In this document: positions 7,857 to 17,015 of the stretch, in pieces
Layout of the letters: every line of letters begins with the position of its first letter
Numbering within the stretch: the first letter of the stretch is position 1
IMG/VR virus record: IMGVR_UViG_3300010400_000003
Location: 11,286-75,285 of that record
Source: a virus
Reading direction: 5' to 3' (one strand)
DNA length: 64,000 nucleotides
Made by a program: the position numbers and the translations under genes
The notes under the pieces: generated by a model
The model's database searches: none
Seen by the model: only the letters and a program-made list of their open reading frames with translations
What the model was told of the DNA's origin: nothing

Positions 7857-8069
7857 TCACAGGTTGAGCGAGTCCCGAATTTCCCGGCGCTCGTCAATCA
7901 CGCTTCGCCCCTCCTTGGCAGAGCGATAGCCTTGCCGCCAATAGTCGGCCCGCTGACCGTTGACGCCTTTGCGGCCATGATACGGGCACGAGTCGGCGGG
8001 CTGACCGTCAAAAAACGCTCGGGCGCCTTTCTCAAAGCACCCGATGAGTTGGTATCCCCAAGAGTTCAT
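7857..8069 (-). CDS. Ribosome modulation factor (Rmf)-like protein
   Basis: EKGARAFFDG...SCPY...YWRQGY pattern. Confidence 0.6.
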   Translation of the reverse strand: MNSWGYQLIGCFEKGARAFFDGQPADSCPYHGRKGVNGQRADYWRQGYRSAKEGRSVIDERREIRDSLNL

Positions 8070-8070
8070 T

Positions 8071-8643
8071 TCAGAAAGGTACTTGCTCGGCAGGGCGGGC
8101 GGAAATGATTCGTTGGCACAGCGGACACCAAACGTGATCGTCCGGCTTTTCGTGGCTTGCGTGAGTCTCGGTCATCGTCAGCGCGGGAGAATCGTCCGCC
8201 GACTCCGGCACGTAAGGCGAACCAAACCGCTCGGCGTATTCCGCGTCCGTCCAGACGCCAAGCAGCTTGCCGTTCGCCTGATAAGCGGCAACCAAAGCCT
8301 CCGACGCGCGGTAGTGGTGTGTTTCGTTATCAGGCCCGCCTCGCGTCGCAATGATTCGAGGCTTGTCCGACTTCTCGCCGCGTAGTGTCGCGTAAAGGTG
8401 GAAAGCAAGCGTCCGGCATTGCCCGTCATCGTCCCAGCCGATAACGCCGATGTCTTTGAGGGTGAAACCGCGCAGCGTGTATTCGCAATAGTCGGTGTGG
8501 AACCCGTCGCTGCCGTCCATGTATTCGGCACCTTGCCAGCGGTCTTGGATGTATTTCGATGCGTCAGCGAGGTTGTTGAATCGCTCGATGCTTGGCCGTC
8601 CGAGACCTTCTTCGCGGCAGGCGATGGAGAGTTTTGCTTTCAT
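8071..8643 (-). CDS. Hypothetical protein
   Basis: 190 aa, first gene after the promoter at 8654-8707. Confidence 0.7.
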   Translation of the reverse strand: MKAKLSIACREEGLGRPSIERFNNLADASKYIQDRWQGAEYMDGSDGFHTDYCEYTLRGFTLKDIGVIGWDDDGQCRTLAFHLYATLRGEKSDKPRIIATRGGPDNETHHYRASEALVAAYQANGKLLGVWTDAEYAERFGSPYVPESADDSPALTMTETHASHEKPDDHVWCPLCQRIISARPAEQVPF

Positions 8644-8653
8644 ATTTTTGCTT

Positions 8654-8707
8654 GGTTCAGGTTTGATCTACCGGCCCGCAGAATACACCCTACGGACGTA
8701 GGCGCAA
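8654..8707 (-). promoter_or_regulatory. Sigma70-type promoter with palindromic operator and conserved leader
   Basis: TTGCGC-16-TATTCT; operator CCTACG-NN-CGTAGG at 8689-8702; leader AGATCAAACCTGAACC. Confidence 0.72.
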
Positions 8708-9880
8708 GCATTTTCTTCAAAATTCGCACTTGCGCCCGAAACGCGGTTGTGCCATTGGTTGCGCAATGCTTGGCTGCATCAAATACTTTCGCCCGACGAT
8801 TGGCGCCCGTAACGGTGCGCCGGATGCCGCCAAGCTTCTTCTTCGTCGGGCGAATTCATTTGAGGGGTCGCTGTGAGACTCGGCCACGAGAAAGCCCGCC
8901 GCCGCGACTTGGAGCGCAAGCCAGCCCGCCGCTACCACAACCCGAGTTTCATCGCCATCGCTGGCCAGGCTTCAAAACCGTTCCGCCCAGGAATGTTCGA
9001 GGGCAAGTCGGTTCAGGAAGTCCGCGCGACCGTGGGCACGGACACAAATCCCGTTTTCGTCTCCGTCAGGCCAGAAGCGCCCGACGGCGTTCTTTGAGAT
9101 GTACAACTGCGCTGGGTGAACGCCTTACCCGCGGATCACCCTTGAAAGCGGGTCGCCAACGCGCCCGCCAGACCGGCGAACACAAAGCCGGCCGAGACAA
9201 AATCATGCCGCCGCGTCATCCGACTGCGAAAGCACCGGGACAGGCCGCAACCCGAGCCATACGCCAAGCACATTCGCCGCGCCAACTCGCCGCTCGATCC
9301 ATGACGCCCGAGCGTGGTTGCAGGTCCGAAAACTGCGCCTCTGACTACCTCAAAGCAACGTAAAAACCAGCCGTAAACCCGGCTGGCGGCCTTTTGCCAA
9401 ACCTCGAACCAAGCCACCGAAGCACGCGCCCACCGACTGCCCGAAATCCAGACAGGAGCGAGACACGCGAATTCCCAATCCAGGAGACGCACGCGCCCGC
9501 AGTGGGGACTATGACCCAACCTCCGCTCGGTACCTATATGCTCCCCATACGATACTATATCCTCCATATCCGCTATTGGTATGCGCTGGGGGTGATATAG
9601 GTTCCGAATCACGACAATCCCGACTGACTTGGTTGATTAAAGCCTCCCAATCTTGTGCATACATTATTCGCCTTTCAACCTCATGCAAATGAGCCACTTG
9701 CACAGGTTGTGGATTGTGGGGTGGATTATGACGGCCAAGAGTCCACAATTTCCTACCGGTTGTGGTGTCGAGTCGAAGCTGGCGGCCACGACGACCGACC
9801 GGCCCGGGGCTAGATCCTGACGGTGGACGACCAAGCCGGGCATCGCGGGGGTGGCGTGGGGTGGCCTGAAAAGTATCGTA

Positions 9881-10381
9881 TCAGGTAGCGATTCCAGCGC
9901 AGTCGTTTCTGGAAAAGCATCTGAGCCGGTTATTCTCCGGTTCGATCGGCCTGACGTTTGAGAAGTGAGCAGCCTTCAGAACTTGTGATTCAATGGTGAG
10001 ATCGAAGGAACCAAGCGGGGCGATGTGGTCGCACTCCCAAAGGTCGCCGTAGTTCTCCCACGACCAGCCCGGCTTGAACTGAGAGGCGATATGCCTGCGA
10101 AAGTCTGCTGGTGAGCAGGCGAGCACCTTTGAGTGACGTTTCGACTTTGGGTGGTAAACGATGGCGTTTCGAACTGCGGCGTAGATCCGGCGCATGTTGA
10201 TGTGGTGCCTCCGAGGCTTGCTAACCGCGGCGAGGTATTCGGCCTTGGTTTTCATCCCGAGCCGCAAGCGACGCGATGCGTTGATTTCCTCTCGGTGAGC
10301 GTCTTTGTGGGCGAGTATATTCGCCCGGTTAGCGGCGTAGTAGGCTTTGTTCCTGGCGCTTCGTTCCTCGATTGTTTCCAT
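9881..10381 (-). CDS. HNH/endonuclease VII-like free-standing endonuclease
   Basis: WSWENYG..WECDHIAP..FDL...HFSNVRP...N; paralogous to 36147-37118. Confidence 0.8.
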   Translation of the reverse strand: METIEERSARNKAYYAANRANILAHKDAHREEINASRRLRLGMKTKAEYLAAVSKPRRHHINMRRIYAAVRNAIVYHPKSKRHSKVLACSPADFRRHIASQFKPGWSWENYGDLWECDHIAPLGSFDLTIESQVLKAAHFSNVRPIEPENNRLRCFSRNDCAGIAT

Positions 10382-10436
10382 AGGCGTGATTCCAGCAGAA
10401 CCACGTGGAACTGTCAACGGTTTGTTTCCAGCGAAA

Positions 10437-10697
10437 CTACGTTTGTCCGCGCACGCCGGCGTCCTGTCCATGGCCGTCGGGTTGGCGGCGTGGCTCGACC
10501 TGCGAGTGCCCTCGGGATGTCAGCCAAGCCGGCCAAGTGGCCGGATCTTCCGGGCGGTAGGTCGCGGTGTAATCAGGCGGCGGTAGCGGGCAACCGAGCG
10601 GGCAGGGTTCGTGGACGGTGATGGTCGGGGCGAATCGGTCGGGGCGGGCGATCATGCCGGTACTCGAGCAGATGGGGCAGGGGCGTCTGGCGCTCAT
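10437..10697 (-). CDS. Hypothetical zinc-finger protein
   Basis: CPICSSTG...CPLGC. Confidence 0.55.
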   Translation of the reverse strand: MSARRPCPICSSTGMIARPDRFAPTITVHEPCPLGCPLPPPDYTATYRPEDPATWPAWLTSRGHSQVEPRRQPDGHGQDAGVRGQT

Positions 10698-10700
10698 GGG

Positions 10701-10961
10701 CTACTTGCTGAATTCCTTGTGCGGGTATGGGCAGCACTTTTGCGCCGGGCATTCGTCGCAATACCAGTCGCCTTTCTTCGTGAGGATGCAGCCCCAAGGC
10801 TTTGGCTTGCCCTTGCCATCACCCCACGACCAACGCACCGGAATCTTATCGGCGGCGAGAGTGCAGAGCTTTTGTAGTTCCTCTTGCTTTGGGGCGCGCT
10901 TGGCGGTCGCCACCGCCTCTTGCAGCGCGTCGTATTCAGATTCGGTCAGCAGGTATTGCAT
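10701..10961 (-). CDS. Cys-rich hypothetical protein
   Basis: Start MQYLLT; C-terminal YCDECP..CCPY. Confidence 0.7.
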   Translation of the reverse strand: MQYLLTESEYDALQEAVATAKRAPKQEELQKLCTLAADKIPVRWSWGDGKGKPKPWGCILTKKGDWYCDECPAQKCCPYPHKEFSK

Positions 10962-11253
10962 TGGTTTCTGGTTTCGATTTCTCGCGTTCAGCCATCTCCG
11001 CCAACCTCGCCTCCGCCTCGGCCGAGAACTCCGCCTGTTGCTGCGGCGTCTTGGCCAAGGTGGTGCCGCCGATGAAATCAGGCTGGACCTGTCCGGCGCT
11101 GTTGCTGGTCCAGAATTGAACTTGGACGCAGAAATTGGCGCCAAGCAGGATGGCCACACGCTCGCGCCAGTTGAGTTGGCGGAACCACTCGAAGGTGTAG
11201 CGGTGCTTGAGTTTGGGAGGGAGGGGAGTGCCGATCGGGAATTTTGGTTTCAT
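10936..11253 (-). CDS. Hypothetical protein
   Basis: 105-aa ORF in operon. Confidence 0.65.
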   Translation of the reverse strand: MKPKFPIGTPLPPKLKHRYTFEWFRQLNWRERVAILLGANFCVQVQFWTSNSAGQVQPDFIGGTTLAKTPQQQAEFSAEAEARLAEMAEREKSKPETNAIPADRI

Positions 11254-11301
11254 TGAGTGATTGAGGTTGCCGGCTTCCGCGCGCCGGCGGCGCTGGGTTC
11301 G

Positions 11302-11625
11302 CTATTCCTTGTTCTCAGGCTCGCCCACCGTTAGGCCGAGCGAGGTCGCCTTGGCGCCTTCGACGGTCAGTTTGATCGCGTCGGTGATGGTTTCGACGCC
11401 TTCACCGATGTCCGCGTCGGCCTCGACGACGAACATCGTTTCTCCCGGCGTGTCGCTGGAGACGAGTTCGGCGGACATCCCGTCGTCAGCCACTTCGACG
11501 GTGGAGTCGCCGCTGGAGACGGTCCATGTCGGCTTGCCGTCCAACTTGGCCGGCTTGCCCGCGCCGGTCTTGGGCGTGAGCGTAACTTTTACTTTTTGCT
11601 CGTTGGTTATTCGGATCTCTGTCAC
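11302..11625 (-). CDS. Acidic all-beta (Ig-like) protein
   Basis: GTG start after AAAGGA; PTWTVSSGDSTVEV beta-strand pattern. Confidence 0.65.
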   Translation of the reverse strand: MTEIRITNEQKVKVTLTPKTGAGKPAKLDGKPTWTVSSGDSTVEVADDGMSAELVSSDTPGETMFVVEADADIGEGVETITDAIKLTVEGAKATSLGLTVGEPENKE

Positions 11626-11778
11626 GGCTTGTTCCTTTCTTTGTTGTTCACCGGGCCGACGGTCCACTCGAAATGCGGCCGAGCGTTCCGGCATTTGCGT
11701 TTGTGCCAATGCCAACCGGCCAGCAGGCCGGCGGCAAAAGTGAGGATAGCGATGGCGGCATTCATTCAAAGAACTCCT

Positions 11779-12033
11779 TTATGGCTTTTGATTTGCGAGA
11801 CTGCGGATAATGGCAAAAGCGAACCGCTCGCGCTCCTGTCCCGAATTGGGCCCTGCAATGGAGTTAATCGCCGCCTGAAAGATTGCATCTCCCCTCAGAC
11901 GATGCCCATCTGGAAACAACAGCGACACATCATTGGGGTCTTTGCAGGCAACCGGAAGGTAGCCTTCGGACTTCAAGATGGCCAGATCCCCGCTGACGAT
12001 TGACCCGGCTTTGTAGAGGATGATCTGTTTCAT
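11779..12033 (-). CDS. Hypothetical protein
   Basis: MKQIILY start overlaps the rusA stop. Confidence 0.6.
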   Translation of the reverse strand: MKQIILYKAGSIVSGDLAILKSEGYLPVACKDPNDVSLLFPDGHRLRGDAIFQAAINSIAGPNSGQERERFAFAIIRSLANQKP

Positions 12034-12482
12034 GGCGCGAGTTCGTTGATGGTGATGTCCGCCCCACCTCCGATGAATCCGATGGAAAACCATTTGGATA
12101 CGTGAAGTTCGCAGATCTGCGCGTCATCTCGCCAGACCCCTAGTTGCGTCAGACAATCCATCACGGCCTTGGCGTAGTTGTCGGCATCGGGCTTCTTGGC
12201 GCACCAGTTAGGCGCTTCGGCGCGGATGCCTTTTTTGGTGAAGTGCGCCTTCGGCCTGGAGATGAATAACTTCAAATGCAGCGACACCGGACCTTCGTAG
12301 GGCGTGAATCCAGACGGCAGATGTTTGCGACACTCGGCGGCGATCAACCCCTTCCACCCATCGGCGGTCTTGGCGTCGTACACGCGGGCGCTCCACTTGT
12401 CGCCGAACTTGCGGGCGAACGCGCGCGGTCGGGGCTGGCCCTTGGGATCACCGCTGACGTAGAAGCTCAGGGTTGGTTTCAT
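12030..12482 (-). CDS. rusA: RusA-family Holliday junction resolvase
   Basis: PKGQPRPR, KPDADNYAKAVMDCL, DDAQI. Confidence 0.92.
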   Translation of the reverse strand: MKPTLSFYVSGDPKGQPRPRAFARKFGDKWSARVYDAKTADGWKGLIAAECRKHLPSGFTPYEGPVSLHLKLFISRPKAHFTKKGIRAEAPNWCAKKPDADNYAKAVMDCLTQLGVWRDDAQICELHVSKWFSIGFIGGGADITINELAP

Positions 12483-12688
12483 GGTTCCTCTCTCAAATGC
12501 TCAGGCAAATCCGATGCGGGATGCCACAGGTAGCGATCCATAAGGAATTCAAGGTTCGCCCGCAGCATTTTACTAGAGGTGGATTTGTCCAGTCCGCGGA
12601 CGCACGTTTTGATGACGGACAGGTCGGCGCTTACGCTGCGTCTGTGGTGTTTGCTCCTAGCGGGCAATGGTGACGGGTTCTCGATCAT
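12479..12688 (-). CDS. Hypothetical protein
   Basis: ATGA-coupled to rusA. Confidence 0.5.
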   Translation of the reverse strand: MIENPSPLPARSKHHRRSVSADLSVIKTCVRGLDKSTSSKMLRANLEFLMDRYLWHPASDLPEHLREEP

Positions 12689-13211
12689 GGTTCAGGTATT
12701 GAGGTTTGAGTTGGAGCTTTCGCCCGCTGCCGTACGCGTAAGGTTTGAAAACGGCTTCGAGCGCGGCCAGGAAGGTTTCGGTCTGGCCGTTGCGCTCGGT
12801 CGGAGTCGAGACGACCAGGATGTCGCCGACGGGCGTGACGCGGAATTTCCACGGCTGGCCGGAGGCGAGTTCGGCCAGGCGTTCCAGACGGTTGTGAAAG
12901 AGCGCGACATCGAAGTCCTGGTTGAACGCGAAAGCCTCGACCGGCTCGCGATCGCCGATGAAGGACTCGCGCAGGGAGAAGCCAATCGGCTCGCGCAGCG
13001 TGGCCGCGGCTTTCTGCACGAGGTAGTTGACGGCGTTGACCTGCCCGCCGTGCTTGCCGACCAGCCGCGGGTAGTCGGCGGCGTGGGGCATGACGACCAG
13101 CGTTTCGACCCCGCCGACCTTCTCGGAGAAGATGCGCAGGTCCTCCAGATGGCGGCGGCAAATGACTTCGACGATCTCGGTCAGGACTTGGAACAGAGGT
13201 TCATGTTTCAT
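12657..13211 (-). CDS. KhpA-like KH-domain RNA-binding protein with a second degenerate KH-like half
   Basis: DYPRLVGKHG (GxxG loop) in a KhpA-like context. Confidence 0.7.
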   Translation of the reverse strand: MKHEPLFQVLTEIVEVICRRHLEDLRIFSEKVGGVETLVVMPHAADYPRLVGKHGGQVNAVNYLVQKAAATLREPIGFSLRESFIGDREPVEAFAFNQDFDVALFHNRLERLAELASGQPWKFRVTPVGDILVVSTPTERNGQTETFLAALEAVFKPYAYGSGRKLQLKPQYLNHDREPVTIAR

Positions 13212-13355
13212 CTTTGCGGAGTTGTTTTACGCTTCGTCCGGCAGGCTGTCAAACGATTTCATTCGTCGCCCTGCGGCGCGCGGCCGAGTTTTGCAGCGAC
13301 CCACGCCTGCCAGGCGACGTGATGGCAGAGCGCGTGAGTGGCGCGGCGGTCGCTT

Positions 13356-14990
13356 TCAGTCGGCATGGGGACTCCTTGGCTCGTCGGCGTTTTCAATTAT
13401 TCGCTCGTTGATCGTCATTTTGCTTCCGAAGAAGTTGCACGGGATGGTGAGTCCGGCGCCGCCCTTGGTGCTTTTCAGAACCTTAACCGTCAAGAGCGTC
13501 GGGTCTTTCTCAGTGCGCCATGCTCCAATGACCAGGCCCGCCGAGTTCTCCAATGCGCCGGAGTCTTTGCCGGAGTGGAGCGTGATTTCGTCGTCACCGG
13601 ATCGGCCAACCTGGGACGCGATCACGATGATCGTTTTGGTCATCTTGGCGATCACCTTCAAGCCCTCGGCGGCGTCGCTGGTTTTCTGGTATCGGTCGCC
13701 TCGCCCTTGAAGTAGCTGAACGTAATCCACGAGCACCAACACGGGCTTGCATCCGATTTTCAACTCGCTGCGAATTATCAGGTGCTCCAAGTCCTCCAGC
13801 GTCAACCTCGACTCCGGGCAGACGAACAGGTTCGGGAACTGCCTCATCACCGCGTCTCGCCCGAACGACCCACCACCGCGATATTCCGTCTCAATGTCCA
13901 CGCAGTCGAGGCCGGCGCGGATGGCGAAGAACCGCTCGTAAACCAACTCGATTGGAAGCTCCATCTCGAACAGTAGGGATTTCAGGTCGGAGCGCACGGC
14001 GAGATTTTGAAGCATGGCGGTCTTACCGGCGCCGGTGTCCCCGAGCAGGAGCACCAGTTCTCCTGGAATTATCGAACGGATTTTCCCCCGAAAAGATGGC
14101 AGCCAGTTCCCAAGATCAAGCGACACCACGCGCGACTGGTCCACCTGCTTCTTGTACATCGGCTCGATGTCGGCCATTGAGTAAACCGGCAAGCGATGGC
14201 CTCCGACGTGCGGCACGGCCGCCGCGGAGAGTTCGTCCAGAGCGTGCTTCGCGTCCAGCCCCACCTTGAACGTGGCGATGTAGTCGGAAACGTCCTTGAC
14301 GGTGGATATTTTCACGAACCTCACCGACCTCGCCTTGGTCGCCACGGAATCGTAAACCAACTGGATGTGCTTCCTACCCGCATCGTCGTTGTCGCCGCAC
14401 AGGATGATTTCCTTGCCGGACAGTCGCTCCGTGTAGGCGTCGAGCCACTTTCCAGCCCCTCCGACGTTGCACGTCGCGCAGAAACCCAGCAGGGCCAAGC
14501 TGTCGGCGTCCTTCTCCCCCTCGACGATCCATACCGTCTCCGATTTGATAACCTCTGGCAGCCGATACAGCACCCGCTCGACGCCATCCATGCTCCAAAC
14601 CCACTCTCCACCTACGGCGTGGCGCTGGCGGAACGACTTAGGTTTCAGCCGTATGGCCTGGTAAACCTCAACCCCCAAGGCGTCGGTGTAACTGTAAACC
14701 TTCTCGATCACCGGCTTTTCCTTTGGCGCCACAGGAAGCTGCTGGCCGTTGGCGTGCCTGTTAGTTGGCGCACGCTCCCCGGCGAACAGGTCGCGCAAGG
14801 AAAGCCCCATCGCTCCAACAACCGCGTGCGCCGTGCATCCGGCGAAGCATTTCAGGAGGACCCCGCCATCAGTCCCGCGACCGATGGAGAGGGATGCCGA
14901 GCCATCGTCGTGCGCTGGGCACTTCGCCATCACGCCTTTGGCCGTCTTGGTGGACTTGTCGAACCTGGATATGAAATCCTCGTAGGTCAT
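13356..14990 (-). CDS. Primase-helicase (Zn-binding, TOPRIM, DnaB-like SF4 helicase)
   Basis: CPAHDD..LKCFAGC; VEGEKD, DND; Walker A GDTGAGKT; VDYVQL; ASQ. Confidence 0.92.
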   Translation of the reverse strand: MTYEDFISRFDKSTKTAKGVMAKCPAHDDGSASLSIGRGTDGGVLLKCFAGCTAHAVVGAMGLSLRDLFAGERAPTNRHANGQQLPVAPKEKPVIEKVYSYTDALGVEVYQAIRLKPKSFRQRHAVGGEWVWSMDGVERVLYRLPEVIKSETVWIVEGEKDADSLALLGFCATCNVGGAGKWLDAYTERLSGKEIILCGDNDDAGRKHIQLVYDSVATKARSVRFVKISTVKDVSDYIATFKVGLDAKHALDELSAAAVPHVGGHRLPVYSMADIEPMYKKQVDQSRVVSLDLGNWLPSFRGKIRSIIPGELVLLLGDTGAGKTAMLQNLAVRSDLKSLLFEMELPIELVYERFFAIRAGLDCVDIETEYRGGGSFGRDAVMRQFPNLFVCPESRLTLEDLEHLIIRSELKIGCKPVLVLVDYVQLLQGRGDRYQKTSDAAEGLKVIAKMTKTIIVIASQVGRSGDDEITLHSGKDSGALENSAGLVIGAWRTEKDPTLLTVKVLKSTKGGAGLTIPCNFFGSKMTINERIIENADEPRSPHAD

Positions 14991-15796
14991 ATCGCAACGC
15001 TCTTTCCCTTGCGGATTTCGTGTGGTTGAGTTTTTGGCTTGGGGGGAGACATCGGGCGACCGTCTGATTCCCACTTGGTTTTCACCCTGACCATCACCGA
15101 CCGAGCGTTGTGGATCGGCCTTTGGTTGTGATCCCTCCATCCGCAGCCCTCCATTTCGTGGAACCAGTCAACCGCCTTCCACTCAGCCAACCCGATCATT
15201 ACGGCGGTCGCCTTCACCTCGGAGAGAGACATGCGCGAAACGACTTCCGGGAACGCTCTCTCACTCCCAGCAGTACTTGGTTCTGGTTCTGGTTCTGGTT
15301 TGGTCAACGTAACGTTGGACGTAACGTTCGACGTTACGTTGTTTGTGTCCAAATCTTGGACGGTTTTACCGTGCTTTTGTGGATTACTAAGTTCTCGGCC
15401 CTTTTTTTCCACGCCAACGTCGTTACCGACGTTCAACGTAACGTTCCTCTTAACGAGCCTCGCGGCCGTGGCGGCGGATGTCTGGTTGTATCGGTCGGTG
15501 AGCCTTTCGAGGGATAGATTCCACTCCTTCCTGGCCCGCTTCTGATGCCATTTGCCTGATTCAAGAACGAAAAACTTGTCGTTGTCGAAGATCGTTCCCT
15601 TTGTTCTGGCCCAAGTCCCGAGTTCGCACCGGCACAGGTTTCGCATTTGCTCGTCGTCGTCTGGTATTCCCTCGCAATGCAGGTGGGACCAGTAGAACCA
15701 AACGCAGCGAAGATATTTGAAGCCGAGAACCTCTCCCATCATTTCAACGGCGGAGAAAAAGTCGTCGCCGTAGAATGGCATGTGGGAATCCGGCAT
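14987..15796 (-). CDS. DUF1376/YdaU-type replication initiator
   Basis: MPFYGDDF N-terminus, W..GIPDD, PEPEPEP linker, internal iterons, upstream of helicase. Confidence 0.8.
   Translation of the reverse strand: MPDSHMPFYGDDFFSAVEMMGEVLGFKYLRCVWFYWSHLHCEGIPDDDEQMRNLCRCELGTWARTKGTIFDNDKFFVLESGKWHQKRARKEWNLSLERLTDRYNQTSAATAARLVKRNVTLNVGNDVGVEKKGRELSNPQKHGKTVQDLDTNNVTSNVTSNVTLTKPEPEPEPSTAGSERAFPEVVSRMSLSEVKATAVMIGLAEWKAVDWFHEMEGCGWRDHNQRPIHNARSVMVRVKTKWESDGRPMSPPKPKTQPHEIRKGKSVAI
15279..15446. repeat. Iteron-like repeats, candidate replication origin
   Basis: Three tandem 12-bp units with near-palindromic RACGTWACGTT at 15306-15341, a fourth at 15435; GGTTCT tandem at 15279-15300. Confidence 0.7.
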
Positions 15797-15801
15797 GGCG
15801 A

Positions 15802-16140
15802 TCACTGGCCCACCTCGATTTCCAACATGGCCGCACCGCACAACTGCTTGGAGACAGGAACCAGCCTCTCAGTCGGCAACCGCATGATGGAGATGCGTAG
15901 CGCATCAACAATTTTGTCGGTGAGTTCTTGGCGTTCCTCGTGGCAGTCCTCGCAGAGCGTCTGATAGAGGTAATCCGGGTAATCCCAAGGATCCACTCGG
16001 CGATAGACGCAATGGTGGACCTGGAGGTTCTTTTTGTCATTGCCGCAGAACAGGCATTGCCAGTTGTCGCGGCTGAGAATTTCGAGTCGCTTACGCTGCC
16101 ATCGAGGGTCGCGGAGCTTCTGCGAGTAGGATTGCGTCAT
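15802..16140 (-). CDS. HNH endonuclease
   Basis: DPRWQRKRLEILSRDNWQCLFCG..LQVHH...TLCEDCH. Confidence 0.85.
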   Translation of the reverse strand: MTQSYSQKLRDPRWQRKRLEILSRDNWQCLFCGNDKKNLQVHHCVYRRVDPWDYPDYLYQTLCEDCHEERQELTDKIVDALRISIMRLPTERLVPVSKQLCGAAMLEIEVGQ

Positions 16141-16229
16141 ACAAGTTCACAGTCAAAACCGATGATCCAAAATCGGCTTCGACGATTAAACCACCGATTT
16201 CCGGCGGTGCAACAAAAATGTGGCCCGCG

Positions 16230-16553
16230 TTACGGAGCGAGTCCGGCGAGCGCCGCAGGGCCTTTGTCGCCGCCGAATTCTGTCGCGCCACTCTTGATCG
16301 CGTCAGGTACGCCGGGAGCCTCAGTGGCGCTCAGAGCGGCGGAGAGCACCTGCCGGTCGCCCGGAGTGAGCTTGGGCAGCATCTTGTCAACGATGCGCTT
16401 CAGGACGCCGCCAGACTGCTGCGCCAACCGATATTGCTGCTTTTCGGCTGCCGCCCTTGCTTCGATTGCCAAGATGCCTACGTCTTTGACGCGGGCGGCG
16501 CGAGGTTTGGGTTCTTTGCGTTTACGGGTGGGCTTAACGATGGGTGTTTCCAT
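16230..16553 (-). CDS. Basic hypothetical protein
   Basis: METPIV start after an A-rich leader. Confidence 0.55.
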   Translation of the reverse strand: METPIVKPTRKRKEPKPRAARVKDVGILAIEARAAAEKQQYRLAQQSGGVLKRIVDKMLPKLTPGDRQVLSAALSATEAPGVPDAIKSGATEFGGDKGPAALAGLAP

Positions 16554-16588
16554 TTTGGTTTTGGTTTGAGCTTGTGGTTGGTGGGCGG

Positions 16589-16987
16589 TCAGTTTTTCTC
16601 TGGTGTCGGTGTCTCTGGCACTGGCAGCGCCAGTTGAAAGTCCGCCTGGGTCATCTCGCGGCGCTCGACAAAATCGCCCTTGGCGCCGTCCGTGCCGCGA
16701 CGGAAGTAATCCTTGCTGCGGTTGGCCGGGTCGAGCACGACGATGCACTCGGTTGGCCGCATCTCGTAGCCGCTCGTCACTTTGTCCACCAGCGAGTCGC
16801 GGCGGATTTCCTTCGTCTCGATGCGCGAGCCAAAATCCTTGGTGACGGCGGACTTCTCGCTTTCGAGTGTGTTGATGTCGTTGCAGGTGCGGCCGAGTTC
16901 GCGCGAGAGGTCCACCAACTCGTCCTGCGAGAAGGTGTGCTTGGCGTGGATGGTTTCGACGATTTGGGTATCAGTTTTCTTGGGCAT
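16589..16987 (-). CDS. Hypothetical phage protein, coiled-coil
   Basis: 132 aa, typical codon usage. Confidence 0.75.
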   Translation of the reverse strand: MPKKTDTQIVETIHAKHTFSQDELVDLSRELGRTCNDINTLESEKSAVTKDFGSRIETKEIRRDSLVDKVTSGYEMRPTECIVVLDPANRSKDYFRRGTDGAKGDFVERREMTQADFQLALPVPETPTPEKN

Positions 16988-17015
16988 GGTTCAGGTTTGG
17001 TTGTGGTTGTGGGTT

